Positions 34,426-46,887 of a stretch of 64,000 nucleotides of DNA are shown in pieces. Positions within the stretch are counted from its first letter, which is position 1; the number at the start of each line of letters is the position of its first letter. Source of the stretch: Malacoraja senta (taxonomy: Eukaryota); contig JAXLNO010003982.1 in assembly GCA_038087875.1 (NCBI GenBank), positions 124,001 to 188,000 on the forward strand, given 5' to 3'. The notes under the pieces were generated by a model. The model was not told the origin of the DNA. It was given only the letters and a program-made list of their open reading frames with translations, and made no database searches. The translations under genes and the position numbers were made by a program.

Positions 34426-37141
34426 CAGTGGTCCCCAACCTTTTTTTGGCCATGCCCGACCTAATCACCTCTAAAATCCTGATGCCCCCCACCCCTCATG
34501 TGGTGATATATAATTCTTATCATTTCAATACCTTGGTTTAAACAAGCTTCAAAAGAACATGGCATCCATGAAAAAGAAAAATGAAATAAACAAAAGACAG
34601 TTAAAGTTCTGAGCAAAAAATTACTAAAAAATTGTTAAAAAAAAGAAAAAAACATTAGGTGGTATTAAAATAATAATAATGATAAATATGATAATAAAAG
34701 AGTAATCACAGGTAATAAAGAGAGAGAAAATTTCTATATTAGAATATTGAAATATTTGTGGATTGTCTCATACCAAAACAGCAAATAAAGTTTCAAAACA
34801 TATAATAGAGAACTGAAATGTTATACAACACAAACTAATTTGAATGGAAGCTTTTTCTGTAATACATCGATCATTTTAATTACTGTACAATAAAGTAAAG
34901 GTACCTATCAAATGCAAAATACCATTTGAGCTCACCTCAAGATAATTAGAATAAAGTTAGTGAGACCCTTGTGCTTCATGCCTGCTGCAAAGAGATTTTA
35001 TATTAGGCACTAATTTAGTCAGCTTCAGTCTCAAATCTCCTCGTTTAGTGATATCCAGTCGATTTCTTTTCTCCAGTAGCAAATCATTTACAGCACTAAA
35101 GCCACATTCAGCTAAATATGTAGATGGGAATGGTAACAACCGTTTTCTTGCAAAGCTGGTTGAATTTGGGTATCTAGTTTCTGTCTCATCACAAAGCCAT
35201 GCCATCACTCCTTTTATGTTGAATAAAGTTTTAACTGACTCATCATTTTGTATTTCCGAGAGTTCTTCTTGGTACTGCATTGAAACATCAGATAGATCCA
35301 CTAGCACTGGCTGCATCACCCATGTTGGAAAATCAATCTGTTTTAAATCAGAAAATCTTTCTTTCAAATCAGAGGCCAATATTTTCAGATGATCCACAAT
35401 GACAAGTACAGCAGCATCAGTCGGCTCACATTTCTTTAGCCAATGAAACTGGTCAAAATTTTTGTCAGAAATATGTTTTTGGCATAACTCGATAAATGAA
35501 ATAAAGCCAAATATCTTCGCCTTTGCATCAACAAGAGTTTTATTTGTTCCTTGAAGTTGTTTATTCAACACATTCAGTTTTTCAAAAATATCTGCTAAAT
35601 AACTCACAAACGCTTTTCCATCAACGGTTAGCAGGTGCTTCATTTCAGGCTTGTCACTTAAAAAGTCACAAAGCTCATCAAATAGTTCCATGAATCTTTT
35701 CAAACAATTCCCCTTCGAAAGCTACTGCACCTCAGTGTGAAGTAAAAGTCTCACATGGTCTGCATTGTTATCTTCACAAAATTGCTGAAAAGACGCCCAC
35801 ATTTGGCATTAGCTTTGATAGCATTGATAGATTTTATAACTGATTTCAGTACCTCATTAAGTACAGGAGAAATATTTTTCGACACTAAGTTCTCTCTATG
35901 AATAACACAGTGCACAAGAAGCATTTCCGGATTCTCATCTTTCATCAATTTTAAGCAACCATTTTTCTTGCCCATCATAACAGGAGCACCATCAGCTGCA
36001 CAAGATGTTATGTTTTCCATTGGTATATTATTGACATCTAAGTAGTGTTTTAGTTTATTATATATATCAGTGGCGGTAGTGGTGGTCTCTAACGATTTGC
36101 AGAATAACATTTCTTCAGCAAATTCACCTTTATCAATATATCTTACATAGGTTAGCAATAAGGCCTCACTGTCTCTCACAGTTGATTCATCCATTTGTAC
36201 TGAGAATTTTCTTGATTTCAGCTTTTCAACAAGTTGCGTTTCAATATCTTCACTCATTTCATCTGTTCTTCTCCTAACAGTGTTGTTACTGAGTGGCATG
36301 GCTTTAACATCTTTGTCATCTTTTTCCAGAACTGTTTTAAGAAATGCTGATAATGATGGTTTAATTAAATCCTCCCCTATAGTATGATTTTTTCCAGATT
36401 TAGCAATGAGTAAAGAAATTTCATAACTAGCCTCAAGAGTACGACTGACAGTAACAGTTTGTGCAGTGAACAGAGACTTTATTGTTGATCTTTTTTCAAA
36501 CTTATCCTTTAAAGATTTGAAGTAATTCAAATCTGAATTTACATACGCACTATGTTTCGCCTTCAAATGCGCCTCAAGACGACCTGGTTTAATTGATTCG
36601 TTGGTCAAGCATTGTTGGCATAAGAGGCAGAAAGGTGACCGTTCACCATGGACAGCGGGTATGAAACCAAGTTTTAAATATTACTCTGAATACTGACGAA
36701 CTTTCTTCTTGCTTGCACTACTCATTTTAGCACGAGCAGTCAAAGAAATAATTCTCAGAAAATGGATTGCTTTCCCTTGAGAGAAAACGGAGGAAATAGA
36801 TATTATAAGGGTAATTTAGCAAAAGCTCTTTGAATCGCATTTCTAAATCCAATTCAATAAATAAGGTTCTCCCATGACCTCGCGCGCTTCGTGCGACGTG
36901 CATGAAGAGCGATGGCGCGGTGATTATCTAATAACTACACAATAAAGACCTTTTTTACCCCAAAAAATTATTTACTCAAAATAACATCTGAAACATAAAC
37001 TACATATGTTTACCTGATGGAAAATCCAAAAAAATAAAAATTGAAAATTTGGACCCAGACCTCCTCAGTCGCGCTCAATTGCCCCCCTTAAAAATCAAAT
37101 TGCCCCCCTGTGGAGCGTACGCCCCACGTTGGGAACCACTG
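34426..37141 (-). mobile_element. hAT-Charlie/Buster (SCAND3/ZBED8-like) DNA transposon, inactivated transposase 34957-36725
   Basis: TIRs CAGTGGTCCCCAAC / GTTGGGAACCACTG. BED finger CLLC...HLKAKH, DEST, DGAPVM, HCVIHREN and PFPSTYLAECGFS motifs. Stops and a frameshift are present. Confidence 0.92.
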
Positions 37142-37680
37142 ATGTAAACGGTGGCATGCACATATGTGTAGTGGAGATTATAAATGGCATGGATCAATAA
37201 GGGTTAATCTACAAACCTCACTTTTCATTATCTACATCATCGATTTGGCAACCACCAACTTTGTGGCTAGTTCCAGGTGTGCTTTTCGTTACCTTATCTC
37301 TTCTTCTTGTCGCCTCATCTCTTCTCTCAGCTGTTCTTCTTGTCGCTCAATCTCATGTTTCTTCTCCAAGGTATTTGATTCTATTGAGAGTGCAGCTAGA
37401 TCAACTTCAACTTCCATTCGAGCAAAGGCCCTTGATGCTTTACTGGCTATAGAACCAGATTTATGTCCTGATCTTTGTGTAGATACATTTGAAATATTAT
37501 CTTGAGGTGTAATCACATCTTCCATTCCAGCACCTTGTTGCGTGGCTTGTTTCCTGTTTTCCAGGCTGGCAAGCGAACAAGCTTCTTGGCTTCTTTCCAA
37601 ACTTTAGCAGAACTAAATTTCTCCAGACTCTTCAGAAGCTGTTTGAAGTAAACATTCCAGCTTCTGAATTCAACATAGTA
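37142..37680 (-). mobile_element. BEL/Pao gag N-terminal relic
   Basis: ORF 37289-37600 has the low-complexity coiled-coil SGSIASKAS...EKKHEIERQEEQL typical of BEL gag; same strand as 31500-33829. Confidence 0.6.
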
Positions 37681-37699
37681 GAATAGTTGTTCTACACAA

Positions 37700-37890
37700 G
37701 ATTCTGGGCAGTGGGCAGGTGCTATAGACCTGCACGGGAAGGTAGACGCTCCCGTCCCCACGAGTCTCGGGCAGATGGGGCTCGTCAGCCTGGGAAGGCA
37801 GTCCATCTAGGAGAGGGAAAACTCTGATTTAAAACCTCCACTGCCTTGTGGCTATATCCAGTCATGGAAAAGGCTCCAGGAGTAAACCTG
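37700..37890 (+). mobile_element. Probable RTE-clade LINE 5' UTR fragment
   Basis: GGCTCGTCAGCCTGGGAAGGCAGTCCATCTAGGAGA..GGAAAACTCTGATTT resembles vertebrate RTE 5' ends, recalled from memory only. Confidence 0.35.
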
Positions 37891-38529
37891 GCTGGTTGAG
37901 ATCTATTTTCTTCAGTTCCTCTTCCAAGGAACCAGTCTTCAGTTCCTCCTGGTACTAATTTTTGGGCGAATCTCTCTCCAGAGATCCAGGCCAATCTGTC
38001 CCACTTCTACCACCTCCTGACTGTAAGGTAGCTTTCGACTCGATATAATGGCAGATTATTATATTGTTCAAGGATTTTCTCCCTCTAGCCACTAGGAGAA
38101 GACACGGGGTGAGGAGATAGCGTCGTTTTACGAATGGGAACTCTCCACGAGACATTCAAAGCCGTAGAAAGATAAATCATCAAAACAAACTCTCTTGATT
38201 AATAGTTTCTTTATTTTCAAAGTAAAACAGTCAGATATTCATCTAAACCTCTTCTTGATAAGTACATTTTAATCTTCGTCAAACTCCAGCATGTGGCTCC
38301 GAAATATTAGAAAACGTCTTTGGTGTTGGAAAGCTCTGACCATTGGTCGAAAGCTATACTGTCCCACCATGCTTCCTCCGAACTAAATAAAAACCTACAA
38401 GTTTCTTCCAAGAATCCCAGCAGCAAACACGCCTCTGACTACATAATATATCCCACCCACATAATTACAGGCAGACAACATTTAAAGGCAAATTCCATAA
38501 TTTATGACACAAAAAATTAAGCCAAACGG

Positions 38530-38721
38530 CCACTACACTCACTCTCTCACTCACACTCTCACTCACTCATCTACTCACACTCACTCACTCACTCACACTC
38601 TCATTCACTCACTCACTCTCAGTCACTCACATTCACTAACACACTCACTCACACTCACTCTCTCACTGTCACACTCACTTACTCACTGTCACTCTCTCTT
38701 TCTCTGTCTCTCTCTTTCTCT

Positions 38722-38772
<51 letters not shown>
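38530..38772. repeat. (CACT)n/(CT)n microsatellite
   Basis: Direct reading of the sequence. Confidence 0.95.
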
Positions 38773-39579
38773 GGTAACCATGTGCCTATGATCTCCAGTG
38801 AGCAAGTGTTCGAAGAAGCTCACAAACAAAGATCTGGAGTTCCTACTCTTTTTTCCCCTCTCTTCCTTCATCCGGTCCACCTTAGCTGAAACACCAGTAA
38901 CTAATATGTTCATCAGACACGGACTGCCCCGAACCTACATGAAAGTTTCAAAATCTCGGCGCTTTCTCTCAGCATTGAGTGCACTAATGTAAAAAGAAAA
39001 TGTATCTACGGTATTGGACACAGATGTTAAACACAAATTGCCTGCGGTATCAGTGAAACCTTCTGTATATATACTTTTGTAAATAGTTTTGAATATTCCC
39101 TGTTTTTAATTAGTTATTAAGAAAATAGCTATTATTAATGAATTTCAGTGCATCAATTTGTTTTTTGAAATAAAATTTTGAGATATTTAACGCATTAGGC
39201 TTTGGCGGCTGTTATTTTTCTGCTCTGACCTTAACCGCTGCTCTCTGCATGTTGTTTATTTGTTGTTCTGAGTTTGGTTCCATGGTATGGATTAGGTATT
39301 GGGAATACAGCCATCTCTTACACATCACAGATCCAAGCACAAGTCTAATTTCCCAATAAGCTGTTCACGTACTATTTATGGTAACTCCCTTCAATAACAT
39401 TATCGAGATAGACACAAAGTGCTGGAGTTACTCAATGGGCCGGGCAACATATCTGGAGAAAAACGATGGGTAATTTTTTTGTTTTGTTTAGAGATACAGC
39501 ACGGAAACTGGCCCCTTCAGCCCACGGAGTCCATGCCGATCAGCGATCCCCGCACACTAACGCTATCCTACACACACTT

Positions 39580-40115
39580 ACTTACTTAGACTTAGTTCCT
39601 CCCACACTGTTGAGTGCGTTGGGCAGCAAGCTTTGGCCATTCTGTTCGGTTATGTGCGACGTCTTCCACCCTCGATAGGTTAGCGTCCCGGGCTTCCAAA
39701 TCCTACCAGAATGTTCACCTCATGTGAGTTTTGGTCGGCCTCTTTTCCTTCTTCCGTCAGCTTGCCATGTCATTGCTATCTTAGGTGCACGTTCTGCTGA
39801 CATTCTGAGTACATGTCCTGCAGATTTCATCCTGCGTCCCTCCATGTCCTGGATGAGAGGCTTTGTTGCAATTTCCCGGTAGATCTCCTCATTTGTGATG
39901 TGGTCTCTGTAGCTAGCCTTCAGGATCCTCCTCAAGCAACGTTGTTGGGATGCATCCAATTTATTTTTCATCTTCACATTGATTTTCCATGTATCAGTGG
40001 CACAGAGGGCTGTAGGGAAGACTACGGACTGGAAGAGTTTGACTTTTAGCATCTTGGATATCCCACCACTAGACCATGTTGGCTGCATTTGTCTGAAGAT
40101 TGATGCAGCTTTACC
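39580..40115 (-). mobile_element. RTE/RTEX-clade LINE 3' fragment
   Basis: QRCLRRILKASYRDHITNEEIYR...GHVLRM...RKRGRPK and (TAAG)n tail. Confidence 0.82.
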
Positions 40116-40679
40116 AATTCCGGGTATTTTATAATTTTTACCGAAGCAAATTAAAAACCCTAGCGTCTTTGGCATTTTGGAGGAAACCGGAGCACCTGGA
40201 GAAATCCCACAAAGGTCACGGGGAGAACGTAAAACTCCATACAGACAGTACTCATAGTGTGGATCGAACCTGGGTCTCTGGCGCTGTAATGCAGCAGCTC
40301 TAACGTGGGTGACGTTTCGGGTCGGGACTCTCCTTCAGACTGAAAATAGAGGGGAGGGAATTGGAGGTAAGAATAGAATAGAAACATAGAAAATAGGTGC
40401 AGGAGTAGGCCATTCGACCCTTTGAGCCAGCACCGCCATTTAATATGATCATGGCTGATCATCCAGAATCAGTACCCTGTTCCTGATTTCTCCCCATATC
40501 CCTTGATTCCATTAGCCCTAAGAGCTAAATCTAACTCTTTTAAACACACGGACCAATATAGAACAAATCAGGGCCAGCAACAGGTGAACAGCAACAGCAA
40601 GGAAGGGTGGAGCCCATAATGGCCCATTGTTGGCTGGGGAAGAGGTTATAACGAAGGGATACAATTAACATTATTACCG

Positions 40680-41150
40680 ACCCAAAACATTGCCCATCCA
40701 TGTTCTCCAGAGATACTGTCCCACTCAGATATTTTGTGTAGACCAGCATCTGCAATGGAGCAGTCTGAAGAAGGGTCTCGACCCGAAACGTCACCCATTC
40801 CTTCTATCCAGAGATGCTGTCTGACCTGCTGAGTTACTCCAGCATTTTATGTCCAGCATCAGCAGTTCTTTGTTTTCATATTCTCCCTTCTACCCATTCC
40901 TCCCCCACTCCCAATTCTTCCGTCTACACCGCATCTGCACCCAGGATGAGGTGTTCCAGACCAGGGCATCGGAGAAGTCCTCATTCTTTAGGGAACGGGG
41001 GTTCCCCTCTTCGATTATAGATGAGGCTCTCACCAGGGTCTCCTCTATATCCCGCAGCTCTGCTCTCACTCCCCATCACCCTACTCGTAACAAGGACAGA
41101 GTCCCCCTTGTCCTCACCTTCCACCCTACCAGCCGTCGCATTTGCTTTCA
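40680..41150 (+). mobile_element. Penelope-like element fragment (terminal repeat plus RT C-terminal region)
   Basis: ORF 40849-41181 contains HSQFFRLHRICTQDEVFQTRASE...FRERGFPSSIIDEAL...RVPLVLTFHP, preceded by the terminal repeat. Confidence 0.78.
40765..40795 (+). ncRNA. Minimal type I hammerhead ribozyme-like motif in a Penelope terminal repeat
   Basis: CTGAAGA-A-GGGT/CTCG/ACCC-GAAA-CG-TC. Core and stem II are present; stem III is reduced to palindromic ACGT; stem I has only about 2 bp. Confidence 0.5.
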
Positions 41151-41627
41151 CCTCCTTTCCTCATTTTGTACCAACATTTGATACAGTAACATTTAAACGA
41201 CGTAGGAAGGAACTACAGATGCTGGTTTACACTGAAGATAGACACAAAAAACAGCGGGTTAGACAACATCTCTGGAGAAAAAGAATAGGTGACATTTTGG
41301 TTCCAGACTCTTCTTCGGACTCAAGTCTGTTGCCATCTGTAAAACATCTGTCATGTTTCAATGGTAGACTTCCAAAATATATTGGACATTTGGGCACAAT
41401 TTCAGAAAGTGTGGTGCGTAGGTCCCGAAATGAAAGCGAGGAGCCAGGTATTTCGGGAGGCACCTTTATTTATGTCCTTCCAGATTGTAGGGAAGTCCAC
41501 GAGAGAAAGATGGCACCCAAACCCTTGCCTTTAAACCTCTGGTTAAGGGCCGCCTCTGGACTGAACCATTCCCGTGCCGAGGGGTTTGACAGTTAGGATG
41601 GTTCGACCCTTGGGAGCCGCCACAAAA

Positions 41628-41925
41628 GTTTAGATTAGAGATACAGTGTAGAAACAGGCCCTTCAGCCCACTGAGTCCGTGCCGACCAGTGATTACCCGC
41701 ACACTAATACTATCCCACACACTAGGGACAATTTACTATTTTATCAAAGCCAATTAAGCTACAAACTTGTACATCTTTGGACAGTGGGAGGAAACCAGAG
41801 GCTCCGGAGAAAACCCACTCAGTCACGGGCCGAACGTACAAACTCCGTACCAACAGGACCCGTAGTCAGAATCGAACCTGGGTCTCTAGCGCTGTGAGGT
41901 AGCAACTGTACCGCTGTGCTGCCCC
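41628..41925 (-). mobile_element. V-SINE (HE1-like); further copies at about 40120-40300 (-), 42432-42660 (-) and 44678-45055 (+)
   Basis: Same consensus as the other SINE copies. Confidence 0.8.
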
Positions 41926-42687
41926 TGAATGTATCCAACTGTAAATCCAACTGTTACATAGTTCTCTTGAATGAGCTTTCCAATTACACAAAGTGGCGTT
42001 CTCTGTTACAGGATTCTCAGTAGGATTTGCATTATACTGCAAGGATTTCTGGCTGCCCATTGCTATGAATCCAGCTGTTTTCCTTGCTGGTTCTCGTTAG
42101 ACAGATGTTTCCCATAAATAGTCTAATGATCCAAATGAATTGGAGAAGTGAGATTCACAACAAGTCCAGAAATCAGTTTAGCATTTTGATTAATATGTTC
42201 TTTTAAACAAGATTAGTCATGGAATGTGCAACTTCTCATGTATGGTCTGTAAACTCTTCCTATATTGTGATCTAATTATGCTTCTAAACTGCTAGCCAAA
42301 CATCAACATCAACATTCCCTGTGTTCCCATTCTATTTTCACTTGGTTCTCAGAATAAAAATTTTAAACTTTGGAGATTACTCCACCTTATTTTCTCTTAC
42401 ATCTTCAAGCTTTGCAAAACCAAATAATTCGTTTAGTTGAGTGATACAGCATGGAAACAGGTCCTTGGGCCCACCGGGTCCGCTCCAGCCAATGATCATC
42501 CTACACACTAGGGACAATGTACAGAAGCCAATTAACGTACAAACCTCCATGTCTTTGGGATGTGGGAGGAAACTGGAGCACCCGGAGAAAACCTACGCGG
42601 TCACGGGGAGAACATACGAACTCCGTAGAGACAGCACCCGTAGTCAGGATCGAACCAAGGTCTGTCGCACCAAAGGTTCTTAATGAT

Positions 42688-42985
42688 AGACACAAAGTGC
42701 TGGAGTAACTCAGCAGGTGAGCCAGCATCTCTGGAGAAGATGGATAGGTGACGTTTCACAGAATGTTGGAGTAACTCAGCGGGACAGGTAGCATCTCTGG
42801 AGAACATGGATAGGTGACGTTTCACAGAGTGTTGGAGTAACTCAGCGGGTCAGGCAGCATCTCTGAAGAAAATGAATAGGTGACGTTTCACAGAGTGCTC
42901 GAGTAACTCAGTGGGTCAGGCAGCATCTCTGGAGAACATGGATAGGTGACGTTTCGGATCAGGACCCTTCTTTGGACTGATTGTG
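42688..42985 (-). repeat. 4 x 66-bp tandem of Penelope terminal-repeat subunit
   Basis: GAGTAACTC anchors at 42703, 42769, 42835 and 42901. Confidence 0.85.
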
Positions 42986-44503
42986 GGTGGGAGGGAGTGG
43001 ATTGGAAGCAAGAAAGGACCAGGACAAATCAGGACCGGCAACAGATTACCTCAGGCAAGGACAGTACAGAAACATAGAAAATAAGTGCAGGAGTAGGCCA
43101 TATGGCCCTTTGAGCCAGCATCGCCATTCAATATGATCATGGCTGATCATCCAGAATCAGTACCCCGTTCCTGCTTTCTCCCCATATCCCTTCATTCTGT
43201 TAGTTCTTAGAGCTATATCTAACTGAAAGGCTGATTATCTGCTATGGATGGTGTGAATCTGAGGAATATATTGTGAACTGTGGAACTAGTTAACTGACTT
43301 TTAGTGCAAGAAGGGGGTGGGAGGGTGGAGGGGGGGGGGAGGAGAGGAGGAAGGGGAGCATATGTAGAAGTTACCTTAACTCAGAGAATCCAATGTTTAC
43401 ATCACTGGGTAGTGAGTTGTTCCTCCATGTTGTGTACAGCCTCAATCTGGCAAAGGAGGAGGCCCGGGACACATTTCTTAAAGGCACACACATGCCGTAG
43501 GTAGAACAATGGAAGATAGACTATATTCCTCACCAGTGTGAGGTGAAGTACTTGGTGAGGGCTATTCACGGTGGGAATGCGTAGGGAATGGTGGATTCCA
43601 ATGGAGTATTGAGGAATGGGGACTTTGGAGTACGAGGATCCTTGAAATTGGCAACATTTAAGGTGGTAAAGAAGGCATACAGGATATTTACCTTCAATAT
43701 CTGTTATCTCCACTACTGATTTTCCAGCATCCTTGGTTCCAGAGCCTTTCTGGATTAACTGTTTTGCCGGACCAACAGTGAAGAGATTTTTTGGTGTGGG
43801 CTATCCAGTGAGTGGAAAGGCTATACATGAATCCCAGAATACATACATCTTAGAATAAAGGGGAGGCCATTTAAGACTGAGGTGACAACAAACTTTTTCA
43901 CCCAGAGAGTTGTGAATTTGTGGAATTCCCTGCCACAGAGGGCAGTGGAGGCCAAATCACTGGATGGATTTAAGAGAGAGTTAGATAGAGCTCTAGGGGC
44001 CAGTGGAGTCAAGGGATATGGGGAGAAGGCAGGCACGGGTTATTGATAGGGGACGATCAGCCATGATCACAATGAATGGCGGTGCAGGCTCGAAGGGCCG
44101 AATGGCCTCCTCCTGCCCCTATTGTCTATGTTTCTATGATAACAACCAAGCCGCTCCTCTAGTAGGGAAATAAAAATGCAGCATCTATGGAGCGGAGGAA
44201 ATAGGCAACGTTTCAGTCTGAAGAAGGGTTTGGGCCTGAAACATTGCCTATTTCCTTCGCTCCATAGATGCTGCTGCACCCGCTGAGTTTCTCCAGCATT
44301 TGTTTACCTTCCATTTTCCAGCATCTGCAGCAAAGATACTAGAGGATCCGCGATATAATCTTTGATCTGCAGTTCCTTCTTCAACACTTTGTCCTCGAGC
44401 ATCTTTGTTGTCCAAAAAGGCGCTTCCGGCGGGAGGGGGGACGGGACGGTTTAGGAGTGGGTTTTTGTTGTTTTTTGGTGTATTGAGGGTGGGATGGAGA
44501 GGA

Positions 44504-44677
44504 NNNNNNNNNNNNNNNNNNNNNNNNNNNNNNNNNNNNNNNNNNNNNNNNNNNNNNNNNNNNNNNNNNNNNNNNNNNNNNNNNNNNNNNNNNNNNNNNN
44601 NNNNNNNNNNNNNNNNNNNNNNNNNNNNNNNNNNNNNNNNNNNNNNNNNNNNNNNNNNNNNNNNNNNNNNNNNNNNN
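44504..44677. other. Assembly gap (174 N)
   Basis: Run of N. Confidence 1.
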
Positions 44678-45434
44678 CCTCACGGCGCCAGAGACCCCAG
44701 TTCAATCCCGACCACGGGTGCTGTCTGTGCGGTGTTTGCACGTTCTCTCCCCGTGACCTGCGTGGGTTTTCTCCGGGCGCTCCGTGTCCTCCCACACTCC
44801 AAAGATGTGCGGGTTTGTAGGTTAATTGGTTTCTGGTAAAGATTGTAAATTGTCCCCCTGTGTGTGTGTGTGTGTAGGATAGTGTTAGTGTGCGGGGATC
44901 GCTGGTCAGCACAGACTTGATGGGCTGAAGGGCCTGTTTCCGTGCTGTATCTCTAAACTAAACTAGTGTGTGAACGGACTATCGCTGGTCAGCACGGACT
45001 TGATGGGCCGAAGGGCCTGTTTCCGCGCTTTATCTAAACTAAACTGGACTAAACTAGTTGAAGAACATAATTCAAACATCAAGGTGACCACAAAGTGTAA
45101 AAGATGTTTTCATTTTATTTGGAAAGGCCACTAAAGAAAACAGAGAAAGAGTTGAGTATAGGAGCAATGAGGTCCTTCAGCAGTTGTACAGAGACCTGGT
45201 GAGACCACACCTGGAGTATTGTGTGCAGTTTTGGCCTGTTCGCCTTCATAACAAGAGGAGTTGAGTACAGGAGCAAAGAGGTCCTTCTACAGTTGTACAG
45301 AGCCCTGGTGACGTGTCTCTCCGCCAATGGGGACGTCCCATCAGTCAGAGGGCCGGATGTCCCGCCCACGCCGTCCCCTCTATGACGTCATCGTTGCATT
45401 ACACGTATGGGAGCTCCGCTATAAGATCTTTGAT

Positions 45435-46500
45435 CTGGGGTTTTGCAAGATTATTGTTATGAATTTAATGCATTTCTCATCCCGGGGATTTGCAATATCA
45501 CTTTAATGCAACGCATTTGCTGCATTTAACATTGCAGGAGGGTGCAAAGTTATTCCAATGCAATGCATTTGTTGCATAAAACATTTTTGAGGAGTTTTGC
45601 AAGATTATTGCTATGAATTTAATGTATTTCACATACATAGATACATAGAAAATAGGTGCAGGAGTAGGCCATTCGGCCCTTCGAGCCTGCACCGCCATTC
45701 AATATGATCATGGCTGATCATCCAACTCAGTATCCCGTACCTGCCTTCTCTCCATACCCCCTGATCCCTTTAGCCACAAGGGCCACATCTAACTCCCTCT
45801 TAAATATAGCCAATTAACTGGCCTCAACTACCTTCTGTGGCAGAGAATTCCAGAGATTCACCACTCTGTGTGAAAAATGTTTTTCTCATCTCGGTCTTAA
45901 AGGATTTCTCCCTTATCCTTAAGCTGTGGCCCCTTGTCCTGGACTTCCCCAACATTGGGAACAATCTCCCTGCATCTAGCCTGACCAACCCCATAAGAAT
46001 TTCTAAGTTTCTATAAGATCCCCTCTCAATCTCCTAAATTCTAGCGAGTATAAGCCGAGTCTATCCAGTCTTTCTTCATATGAAAGTCCTGACATCCCAG
46101 GAATCAGTCTGGTGAACCTTCTCTGCACTCCCTCTATGGCAATAATGTCCTTCCTCAGATTTGGAGACCAAAACTGTACGCAATACTCCAGGTGTGGTCT
46201 CACCAAGACCCTGCTCCTATACTCATCCCGGGGAATTTGCAATATCACTTTAATGCAACGCATTTGCTGCATTTAACATTTCAGGAGGGTGCAAAGTTAT
46301 TCCAATGCAATGCATTTGTTGCATTTAACATTTTTGAGGGTTTTTGCAAGATTAGTGCAAAGCGATTTAATGCATTGAACTTCCAAGCGGGGTGGGGGAG
46401 TTGCAATATTACTTGAATGCAACGCATTTGCTGCATTTAACTTTGCGGGAGGGTGCAAAGTTATTCCAATGCGATGCATTCGTTGCTTTTAACATTTGAG
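45435..46500. repeat. AT-rich minisatellite (core ATGCAACGCATTTGCTGCATTTAAC) interrupted by a CR1 3' fragment (about 45628-46221, -)
   Basis: Repeated cores on both sides of the CR1 insert. Confidence 0.75.
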
Positions 46501-46887
46501 CTGTTTCACCCGATGTGATACCAATGGAACGTGCCTTTTATATACTGAAGAGAAAAGTGAAGGGGACTAGCCCCCAAAACAAGCATCAGCTTAAAGATGG
46601 CTGCAATGCAGGCCTGGCAGAGCATCACCAGAGAAGACACACAGCAACTTGTGATGTCCATGAATTTATTTTTTTATTTTATTTTCATTATACTTATGGG
46701 CGCCTTTCAAAGACTCTCAAAGACGCCTTGCAGATAAGCAGATTACAAAACATATAAACAGAATAAAAAATTAAAAAATAGTAGGGACATCAACAACATC
46801 ACAATACACAAATTAAGGACAGAATTCATTCTAAAAGCACAAAAAGAAAATTAGAAACACAATTTGAGGAGAGAGCAGCAGCAGACT

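Noticed and set aside
37700-37890. Possible HDV-like ribozyme at an RTE 5' end
   Set aside because: I could not build the nested double pseudoknot (P1, P1.1, P2, P3, catalytic C) by hand; needs a descriptor search.
44331-44375. Short imperfect palindrome CAAAGAT...ATCTTTG
   Set aside because: Too short to distinguish a transposon footprint from chance.
44381-44912. ORFs spanning the N run
   Set aside because: Artefacts of translating through the assembly gap.
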